Origin: Breznakia sp. PF5-3
Lineage (GTDB): Bacteria; Bacillota_I; Bacilli_A; Erysipelotrichales; Erysipelotrichaceae
Length of the DNA: 32,000 nt
Reading direction: 5' to 3'
NCBI RefSeq assembly: GCF_029504745.1
Contig: NZ_JAQFIQ010000012.1
Location: 1 to 32,000, forward strand
In this document: positions 15,832 through 23,285 of the stretch, one piece after another
How the letters are laid out: every line of letters begins with the position of its first letter
Numbering within the stretch: position 1 is the stretch's first letter
The notes under the pieces: generated by a model
Database searches by the model: none
The model's input: only the letters and a program-made list of their open reading frames with translations
Told to the model about the DNA's origin: nothing
Position numbers and translations under genes: made by a program

Positions 15832-16409
15832 ATGGAAAAAATAAAGACTATTTTAAATTAGGAATTCATGCATCAAAGAAACATGCATATCTTCACTATA
15901 CGCCAGGAACGTGGAAGGATTCATTAGACTTACTTGATCAAAAGCCTTTAGATGATACATCTATCCGACATTTATCAATGTTTTTAGAATTTGATTCAGA
16001 AGCTACAGAATTAGCAGATTTTAATTATTTTGAACAAGATAACCCTGTTATATCAAAAGCATTAACAGCTGTTTTAAAAAGTTTTAATTTAAAAGATGTA
16101 CAATTCATTCCAGTAAGTATTCAAGATACAAAGGGTAAGGAACATGAAGGATTCAATATTATTAATGTATATAATAAATTCCCATATAATTATCATGAAA
16201 TTATTAAAAAGATTCCTTTGGAAGAGCGTTTGGTATTTATTGAACAAGGAAATACACCAAGTATCCTATATCATCGAAGTGTAGTAGAAAAAATGTTAGA
16301 GCTAAATCCAACAGGTTTGCGAGTAATAGAGGTGTATGAATCATGGAATCCTGAGTTAGAATCAAAAGAGGAATACTTTGATAGATTATTTGCTGATGAT
16401 GACGATTAG
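15832..16409 (+). pseudogene. Imm11/DUF1629-like immunity-type protein gene, frameshifted at an A6 tract
   Basis: - ATG 15832 lies 7 nt after AGGAGA and terminates after 9 codons.
- The long frame (ORF track 15978..16409) is open back to 15804, with 58 sense codons and no start codon.
- A -1 shift in AAAAAA 15836-15841 fuses them: MEK|NKDYFKLGIHASKKH...
- The family call is from memory. Confidence 0.5.
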
Positions 16410-16697
16410 TAAGTATAAGATATGATTACTGTAGTTCAAAATAACTATCATATATAATACAAAAACACTACCTTTATAAGGGATGTGAAATACCTCATAC
16501 CTTTGGAATGTTGTAGGGCCAGTTTCTATTAATACTGAAACTGTGTTATGATGTAACTACATAGAATAATGGAAATATGAATTTTAGACTATCGATATAG
16601 AAATATCAAAGAGACTGTAATTAAAGTGTTTTTGGGTACATAGAGTAACTTCATACACTTTAAAAAGTGAGATGATAGATCAATTAGGAGGTCTAAA

Positions 16698-17687
16698 ATG
16701 AAAAAATATTTAAGTATAGTATTGATGATAACAATACTAGCATTAGTGGGGTGTTCCTCGGAGGAAGCGGCTAAAGTTATTACCGTAACAGATAATCAAT
16801 TTGATTCGCAAAGTTACCATAATGCACTCGCAAAAATTGTTGTAGAAAATGGGTTTGATGGCTATGAGCTTGAAGTGTCCACTGGTTCATCTACTATGAA
16901 TTGGCAGTCAATTATTTCAGGAGATATTGATTTAGACATTGAAAGTTGGACTGGTAATGTTGCTACATATGAAAAAGATAAAGAAAACGGAGACATTGTT
17001 GATATAGGTGTATTAGTACCTGATAGTCAGCAAGGTTTTTATGTTCCAAGATATGTAGTTGAAGGGGATAGTGAAAGAGGGATTAAAGCAGTAGCTCCCG
17101 AGTTAAAAACAGTAAAAGATTTAGAAAAATATCCTGATTTATTTGTAAATGATGAGAATCCTGATAAAGGAAGAATTTATGGTGGGATAGCAGGTTGGAT
17201 GATTGATGAAACTTTGTATGCTAAATTTCTATATCATGGATTAGATGCACAATATGAGTACTTTCGTTTAGGTAGTGAGTCAACTTTATTTGCATCATTG
17301 GTAGCAGCATACAACAAAGGGGAACCATGGGTTGGTTATTGTTATGAACCAACATGGGTAGCTGGAAAATTGGATTTGATTCGTCTTACAGATGCTCCAT
17401 ATGACCCTGAAACATATCACAAAGGAGGCTCTGATTTCCCTTTACAAGAATTAAAGATTGTAAGTAACAAATCTTTTAAAGATGATTATCCTGAGTTGGT
17501 AGATTTCTTTAGTAATTATCAGACTGGTAGTGATATTGTAAATGAAGCACTGGCATACATGGATGACAAACAAGCAACTTATGAAGAGGCAGCTATATGG
17601 ACGTTAAAAGAACATCCAGAACTATTGGATGCATGGTTAAATAAAGAACAAGCAGACAAAGTAAAAGAATATATAGGTAAAAAATAA
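16698..17687 (+). CDS. opuAC: Glycine betaine/proline-betaine ABC transporter substrate-binding lipoprotein
   Basis: 329 aa. Lipobox LALVGC. OpuAC-like periplasmic-binding fold inferred from sequence and operon context. Confidence 0.85.
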   Translation: MKKYLSIVLMITILALVGCSSEEAAKVITVTDNQFDSQSYHNALAKIVVENGFDGYELEVSTGSSTMNWQSIISGDIDLDIESWTGNVATYEKDKENGDIVDIGVLVPDSQQGFYVPRYVVEGDSERGIKAVAPELKTVKDLEKYPDLFVNDENPDKGRIYGGIAGWMIDETLYAKFLYHGLDAQYEYFRLGSESTLFASLVAAYNKGEPWVGYCYEPTWVAGKLDLIRLTDAPYDPETYHKGGSDFPLQELKIVSNKSFKDDYPELVDFFSNYQTGSDIVNEALAYMDDKQATYEEAAIWTLKEHPELLDAWLNKEQADKVKEYIGKK

Positions 17688-18562
17688 TGTCTCTCTTGGA
17701 AATCGCATCTTCATTTCCAGAAGAATGGAAGGTTAATATAGGAGATGCTGTGGATAATTTTATTAAATCTATCAGTATAAAATATCAGGCATTCTTTGAT
17801 GCAATCAAAGCAGCAGGTATTTGGATTGTCAATTCTATCAATAGTATACTTATGATGATACCATGGTGGTTATTTATTATTTTAATTGTTGCATTAACAT
17901 ATTATGTAACTAAAAAAGTAAGAACATCATTATTATATGGGGGATTGATTACACTTATAGGTTTTTTTGGATTATGGTCACATATGATGGAAACGTTGAG
18001 CATTGTAATTACTTCAGTAGCAATATCATTATTATTAGGATTTCCATTAGGTGTCCTAATTGCATTAAGTAAGAAAGCAGAAAAAATTATAAGACCTATT
18101 TTAGATATGATGCAAACAATGCCAACCTTTGTCTATTTGGTTCCTGCAGTTATTTTATTTGGAGTAGGAAAGGTACCAGCAATTATGGCAACAACAATTT
18201 ATTCTATTGTTCCTATGATTCGAATGACAAATCATGGAATATCACATGTGGATAAAGAAGTGATTGAAGCAGCAAGAGCTTTTGGTTCAACAACAATGCA
18301 AACCTTATTAAAGGTGCAGATACCACAATCATTATCGACTATCATGACAGGGATGAACCAGACATTGATGATGGCGATGTCTATGGTCGTTACATGTTCG
18401 CTAATTGGTGCAAATGGATTGGGAATGGAAATTCTTGTTGCCACAAATCGAACGGAAATGGGAAAAGCTTTATTGCCAGGACTTGCAATCGTTTTTCTTG
18501 CGATTATATTAGATCGGCTAACCCAAGGAATAGTGAAAAAGAGTGAGAAGATATATGAATAA
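17687..18562 (+). CDS. opuAB: Glycine betaine ABC transporter permease
   Basis: 291 aa, polytopic. TAATG overlap with opuAC. ProW/OpuAB-like EAA-loop region (EAARAFGST). Confidence 0.9.
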   Translation: MSLLEIASSFPEEWKVNIGDAVDNFIKSISIKYQAFFDAIKAAGIWIVNSINSILMMIPWWLFIILIVALTYYVTKKVRTSLLYGGLITLIGFFGLWSHMMETLSIVITSVAISLLLGFPLGVLIALSKKAEKIIRPILDMMQTMPTFVYLVPAVILFGVGKVPAIMATTIYSIVPMIRMTNHGISHVDKEVIEAARAFGSTTMQTLLKVQIPQSLSTIMTGMNQTLMMAMSMVVTCSLIGANGLGMEILVATNRTEMGKALLPGLAIVFLAIILDRLTQGIVKKSEKIYE

Positions 18563-19727
18563 TCATGATATTATACGCGTAGAATCAATAAGTAAAGTTT
18601 TTAAAATGAATAAAACTGCACAAAAGTTAATTGATAAAAAAGAAAGCAAAGATATAATTTATGAAAAATCAGGAGCGATTGTCGCTTTACAGGATGTTAG
18701 TTTTAATGTAAAGCGAGGCGAGACCTTTTGTATAATTGGACTATCTGGTTCAGGGAAATCAACGCTTATACGTTGTCTTATTGAACTTGTAAAACCAACA
18801 AGTGGAAAAATTTATATGAATGATATTGATGTTTTATCTTTATCAAAAAAAGAATTGCTTGAATTTAGACGATAACAGGTATCGATGATATTTCAAAGTT
18901 TTGGTTTGATGTCCCATCGTGATGTTATTGGAAATGTAGCATATGGTCTTGAGGTAAAAGGTGTACCCAAAGAAGAACGTTTAGAAAAAGCGAAAGAAAT
19001 GATTTCTATGGTTGGTTTAGATGGATTTGAGCATGAAAGAATTGCAAATTTATCAGGTGGAATGAAACAGCGAGTTGGAATTGCACGAGCACTTGCCAAT
19101 AAGACAGAAATTCTTCTTATGGATGAGCCATTTTCAGCGTTAGATCCATTAGTAAGAAAAGAAATGCAATTTGAACTTTTAAAGATTCAAAAGAAACTAA
19201 ATAAAACAATTGTTTTTATTACGCATGATATGGATGAAGCATTCAAATTAGGAGATCGTATAGCGATTATGCAAGATGGGAAGATTATTCAAATTGCAAC
19301 GCCTGAAGAAATGTGTGAAAACCCAGCAAATGAATATGTAAGAAGTTTTATTGATAATACGGATAAAACAAAAATATTCAGTGCTAAAAATGTAATGATC
19401 AATCCAAACTGTGTGGCAAAATATAATGATTTTCCAATTATTGCTTTAAGAGAAATGAAGAATGCTCAAGTATCAAGTGCTTATGTGGTAGATGAACAAA
19501 TGCATTTAAAGGGAATTATTACATTAGAAGATACGATAAGAGCAAAAAATGAGAATTTACAAATTGAAGATGTATTGATTGAAATATTTTCTGTATCATT
19601 AGATACATATATTACAGATTTGATTGATACAATGACAATATCTAAATATCCACTAGCAGTTATTGATGAAGAAAAGCAATTACAAGGAATTCTAACAAAA
19701 GTAAATGTTTTATCTTTATTAAAGTAG
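18555..19727 (+). pseudogene. opuAA: Glycine betaine ABC transporter ATPase with tandem CBS domains, interrupted by one in-frame TAA
   Basis: The two ORFs (18543..18875 and 18885..19727) are in the same frame. The sequence reads ...ELLEFRR*QVSMIFQSFGLM, with TAA at 18873-18875 where ProV/OpuAA proteins have K. Walker A GLSGSGKST lies before the stop; LSGGMKQR and LLMDEP lie after it. Confidence 0.8.
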
Positions 19728-19886
19728 CTACTATTGTAAGAATAAAAAATTTATTATTAATAGATAAAGAGTATCAAATAAATAATGGTATCGATAAAGT
19801 AATTAACGTGTTATGATGAGTCTAGATAAGTAGTACTATTTGTAGTATATTAGGCAGATACTTCTTAATCTAGTTAGGAGGTATCT

Positions 19887-20081
19887 ATGGAAACAGGTAA
19901 AGTACGATTTTTTAATGAAAAAAAAGGTTATGGATTTATTACTGCTAAAGAAAATGAAGAATTATTTTTTCATATCAGTGGTGTAAAAGACGGACTTATT
20001 TTGAATGAAAACGATGAAATTCAGTTTAATAGAGAGAGTGATACAAAAGGAGATCGCGCAGTAGATATAGAAAAAATATAG
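19887..20081 (+). CDS. csp: Cold-shock domain protein (CspA family)
   Basis: 64 aa. RNP1-like KGYGFI and RNP2-like LFFHIS. SD AGGAGG. Confidence 0.9.
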   Translation: METGKVRFFNEKKGYGFITAKENEELFFHISGVKDGLILNENDEIQFNRESDTKGDRAVDIEKI

Positions 20082-20202
20082 ATTCATAAAATGCTTTATG
20101 CAAAGTAATTTTGTTTAGGAATAAAAGTTAGGTTATAAATACCTAATGAGTAATAAACCTAACCCAACATAAAGACACGATTCTATATATGTCTGTAAGA
20201 TG

Positions 20203-20247
20203 AAAAAGATACTTATACTATAATTTTAATAGTATGAGTATCTTTTT
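20203..20247. terminator. Bidirectional rho-independent terminator between convergent genes
   Basis: A 17-bp stem, AAAAGATACTTATACTA (20204-20220) with TAGTATGAGTATCTTTT (20230-20246), one G-U pair. A/T runs lie on both sides. Confidence 0.75.
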
Positions 20248-20302
20248 ATGTTTCTTAAGTGATTATATGCACTAATTCACATTAGTTTTAAAAGCATTAA
20301 GG

Positions 20303-20986
20303 TTAATCAATAAATCGAAATTGATCATCTTTTGATGGAATTGAATTGTATATTGTTGTCCATTTGTTATCTTGAAATATTTCATATTTTTCAAATAAAC
20401 AAGGAATTCCTTTCGCTACCTTAATATTTGCACTATCCATTAATTGAAAATGTAGATGAGGACCTGTTGAGTTCCCAGAATGACCAACATTTCCAATAAT
20501 ATCCCCTTTTTTTACTTCATCATTTATGGACACATTAGTAGAATTTGTTTGAAGATGTGCGAATGCCATATATACTCCATTATCACATTTCATCATAATA
20601 TAGTTACCAGCTATTTTACTATAATCATGAACATTTTCATTAAAGGAAGTTGAATGTTTAAGTGCAAGAATAGAATCAATGAGCCAGTGTACAATTTTCC
20701 GCTCAGGGATACCATCTTTAATATATACAATTTTTCCATCAGCAGGAGCATGTATCGGTTGTCCCCAACAGATACATTTTTTTAATGGAACACCAAATAG
20801 CAAATATCTTAGAAAACTAGCATGGTAAAATTTTCTGTGGTTTTGCCAGTCTACTTGCAAAAAATCAAAAGCATAACGCAATCCCATTCGATTAGTCCCA
20901 TGGCTTGGAATTTTACTAGCAGGAGTGGTAGGGGAATACCATTCGCCTCTTAGAGGAAATTGAATTATTATTGGATTATACATCAT
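20303..20986 (-). CDS. M23-family metallopeptidase with no signal peptide (cytoplasmic type)
   Basis: ORF track ..21049. I prefer ATGATG at 20986, which overlaps the TetR stop. The motif GHSGNSTGPHLHFQL is present, with an upstream H...D region (SHGTNRMGLRYAFDF). Confidence 0.8.
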   Translation of the reverse strand: MMYNPIIIQFPLRGEWYSPTTPASKIPSHGTNRMGLRYAFDFLQVDWQNHRKFYHASFLRYLLFGVPLKKCICWGQPIHAPADGKIVYIKDGIPERKIVHWLIDSILALKHSTSFNENVHDYSKIAGNYIMMKCDNGVYMAFAHLQTNSTNVSINDEVKKGDIIGNVGHSGNSTGPHLHFQLMDSANIKVAKGIPCLFEKYEIFQDNKWTTIYNSIPSKDDQFRFID

Positions 20987-21614
20987 AAGTATCACCAGTA
21001 TTGCAGAAGATGGTACGCAAATCTTTAAAGTATAAAATAATCGAATCAATTAATTCATTAAAATCCAAATTAGCATATTCTGTGACTCTAAGAATTTCTA
21101 AGATTTGATTGGAAAAACCAAGTACATTAGATAATATAAGTTGTTTACATCTATCAACACTTAAATCTTTACGAAAATTAGTTTCACTTGTGTTTTCAAA
21201 TATTTTTTGAAAACACAGTGGGTCATTGTTGCTTAATTGCTTTTGAATTACTGAATTTATATGCTTTGATTTTGTATTTACAGATAACTTATTGAAGTCA
21301 AAAATCCAAGGATGCTCTTTCATTAAATCAATTTGTAAGAGAAATGACTGTTGTAGTCTTTTGAAAATATCGGGTTCGTCAAACGTCATTTTTTCAAGGT
21401 ATTCTGTGTTGATTTTATCTTTGCAATAGTCAATCAAATAAAGAAACAATGTTTCTTTATTTTGAATATAATGAAACATGAGTGCTTTTGATATGCCAGC
21501 ATTTTTAGCAATTTCATTGGTTGAAGCATGATCGTATCCTTGGGTTGCAAATTCTTTTAATGCAGAATTTAAAATGAGTTGTTGTCGCTCTGTATCTAAG
21601 TTAGAGATATTCAA
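20976..21614 (-). CDS. TetR/AcrR-family transcriptional regulator
   Basis: HTH STNEIAKNAGISKALMFHYIQNKE. ORF track start 21659. I prefer TTG 21614 (AGGAGTG 21620-21626, 5-nt spacer), because ATG 21659 lies inside the predicted promoter spacer. Confidence 0.8.
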   Translation of the reverse strand: MNISNLDTERQQLILNSALKEFATQGYDHASTNEIAKNAGISKALMFHYIQNKETLFLYLIDYCKDKINTEYLEKMTFDEPDIFKRLQQSFLLQIDLMKEHPWIFDFNKLSVNTKSKHINSVIQKQLSNNDPLCFQKIFENTSETNFRKDLSVDRCKQLILSNVLGFSNQILEILRVTEYANLDFNELIDSIILYFKDLRTIFCNTGDTYDV

Positions 21615-21626
21615 AATATCACTCCT

Positions 21627-21676
21627 TTGACCTATTAGGTTAATATCATCATAATACATTTTACCTAATAGGTCAA
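21627..21676 (-). promoter_or_regulatory. Autoregulated promoter with two inverted 14-bp operator copies
   Basis: TTGACCTATTAGGT (21627-21640) and its exact reverse complement ACCTAATAGGTCAA (21663-21676). On the minus strand: -35 TTGACC (21671-21676), 17-nt spacer, -10 TATGAT (21648-21653). Confidence 0.6.
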
Positions 21677-21803
21677 TTCTTTGAAGTTGTTTTTTTATAA
21701 ATTGAATAACATATAGATTTTATGTGTGTGGATTAAGCTTACACTTCTTTTCGGGTAATCATTTTCCCATTTAGATAATAGTATTTCCCTTTATGATGGC
21801 GAT

Positions 21804-21832
21804 TTGAAAACGCCTTTTATTATTGATATAAT
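21804..21832 (+). promoter_or_regulatory. Sigma-A-type promoter
   Basis: -35 TTGAAA 21804-21809, 17-nt spacer, -10 TATAAT 21827-21832. Confidence 0.55.
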
Positions 21833-21859
21833 TTAAGTAGTTCTTTGGAGGGGGAAAGT

Positions 21860-22108
21860 ATGAAAGTAGTATCAAACTTAGAATTAGTATCAAGTCAAGT
21901 AACCACATTACAAAATAAAAAAGATATTGCTTGTGGTGCTAATAATAAACCAACATATAGTAATCAAATAAATATAACTTCTAAAAATCAATCAATATCA
22001 TTAGATAATGATGTTTTTTCATTTCTAAATAGAATTGAAACATATCTTCAAAAAGACATAGAAAAATCCAGCAAGAAAGACAAACAAATTCATGCCAAGT
22101 TTGTTTGA
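21860..22108 (+). CDS. Hypothetical small protein
   Basis: ORF track 21845... I prefer ATG 21860 (GGAGGGGGA SD). 82 aa, polar, no signal peptide. Confidence 0.5.
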   Translation: MKVVSNLELVSSQVTTLQNKKDIACGANNKPTYSNQINITSKNQSISLDNDVFSFLNRIETYLQKDIEKSSKKDKQIHAKFV

Positions 22109-22142
22109 AATAATTGAGTATGAATAGGAAAAAGGAAATATT

Positions 22143-22640
22143 ATGAAAAAAATAATATCAATTATTCTAATATCCTTACTACTCTATGGTTGTGGCGGAT
22201 ATGTTATGAAATATGATGAGGAGCAAGTTAAGGAACAGTCATTAAAATATTTAGAAGGAAAATATGGGGGATCTTATGAATTTAGCAATAGTAGTAGCCC
22301 AGCTGGATCAAATTTTGTTCAAATTTCTTTTAAAGATTTAGATAGATCAGATGATGAAGGAACAATGTTCATAATTGTTATATGGTATGAAGATAGTGGT
22401 GTAATGAGTGATTATGAGGATTATATGCCCAAAACCATGGATTACGATGAGGATAAAGTAAAAAAAGAAGCATTGGAATACTTAGAGAATAAATATGATG
22501 AAGAATTTGAGTTTAGATGGTGTATGGCTCATCCTGACTATGTAGATGTAGTGTTTGATGTTGTTGATAAGACAAAGCAAAATACTGTGACAGTAAAATG
22601 GAGAGAAGATGGTGTAATGACTGATAATTTTAAGGAATAA
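22143..22640 (+). CDS. Lipoprotein with an internal two-fold repeat (paralogue 1)
   Basis: Lipobox LLLYGC. Two modules begin YDEEQVKEQSLKYLEGKYGGSYEF and YDEDKVKKEALEYLENKYDEEFEF. Confidence 0.75.
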   Translation: MKKIISIILISLLLYGCGGYVMKYDEEQVKEQSLKYLEGKYGGSYEFSNSSSPAGSNFVQISFKDLDRSDDEGTMFIIVIWYEDSGVMSDYEDYMPKTMDYDEDKVKKEALEYLENKYDEEFEFRWCMAHPDYVDVVFDVVDKTKQNTVTVKWREDGVMTDNFKE

Positions 22641-22676
22641 TGGAGTTGTTTGCTTTAATAAATGAGAGGAAAGCTT

Positions 22677-23177
22677 ATGAGAAAAATATTATTAATGTTA
22701 ATTGTTTCTACACTGCTGCTTGGCTGTGATGGTGGAGGTAGAATGGAGTATGATGAAGAACAAATGAAAAAAGAAACATTACAATATTTAGAAGAAAAAT
22801 ATGGTGGTAATTATGAATTTGAAAGTAGTGATAATCCAGGGGGTTCAATTTCTGTAGAAGCGACGTTCAAGGATTTAGATAATTCTAATGATAAAGAAAC
22901 AGTACTTATAATTGTTACATGGGATAAGGAGAAGGGAGCAATAAGTGATTCTACGAGGCATATTGAAATAGGAATGGAATATGATGAAGAATTATTAAAG
23001 AAAGAAGCATTGGAATACTTAGAAAATAAATATGATGAAGAATTTGAATATGTGGGGTGTAAAAGTCATTCTGATTATGTGAATGTAGTGTTTGATGTTA
23101 CTAGCAAAAAATACCAAAAAACGGTATTTGTTTCATGGCATGTAGATGGTAGCATGAATGATGATTTTGAAGAGTAG
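22677..23177 (+). CDS. Lipoprotein with an internal two-fold repeat (paralogue 2)
   Basis: ORF track 22662... I prefer ATG 22677 (GAGAGGA SD). Lipobox LLLGC. Modules YDEEQMKKETLQYLEEKYGGNYEF and YDEELLKKEALEYLENKYDEEFEY. Confidence 0.75.
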   Translation: MRKILLMLIVSTLLLGCDGGGRMEYDEEQMKKETLQYLEEKYGGNYEFESSDNPGGSISVEATFKDLDNSNDKETVLIIVTWDKEKGAISDSTRHIEIGMEYDEELLKKEALEYLENKYDEEFEYVGCKSHSDYVNVVFDVTSKKYQKTVFVSWHVDGSMNDDFEE

Positions 23178-23285
23178 TGGGACCTTAAGTGAAAAACCAT
23201 TATGTGCAGATGTAAGAAAACAGGTGGCTATAATTGTCTTTATGCAACTATGACTACCTGCTTTTATTGTTGTAATTAATGGTTG

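Noticed and set aside
16410-16697. The long (about 290 nt) region upstream of opuAC as a riboswitch or osmoregulatory leader. It has a hairpin CAGTTTC...GAAACTG near 16521-16547 and a long-range AAAGTGT/ACACTTT pairing near 16623-16661.
   Set aside because: There is no match to any riboswitch consensus I know and no terminator/antiterminator pair. The hairpins are short and A/U-rich, so the evidence is insufficient.
5505-19727. An alternative genetic code (stop-codon reassignment) as the explanation for the in-frame TAA/TGA codons in the XRE regulator and opuAA.
   Set aside because: TAA terminates most of the clearly intact genes in the window at positions consistent with family lengths. Only single genes are affected. 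Ordinary nonsense mutations or sequencing errors are the simpler explanation.
20082-20200. TTAGGT-tataaat-ACCTAA downstream of csp, which shares the TAGGT/ACCTA half-sites of the TetR operator.
   Set aside because: The half-sites are in the opposite orientation and spacing to the 21627-21676 operators. The site is more than 1.4 kb from the TetR promoter and is probably a weak csp 3' hairpin or coincidence.
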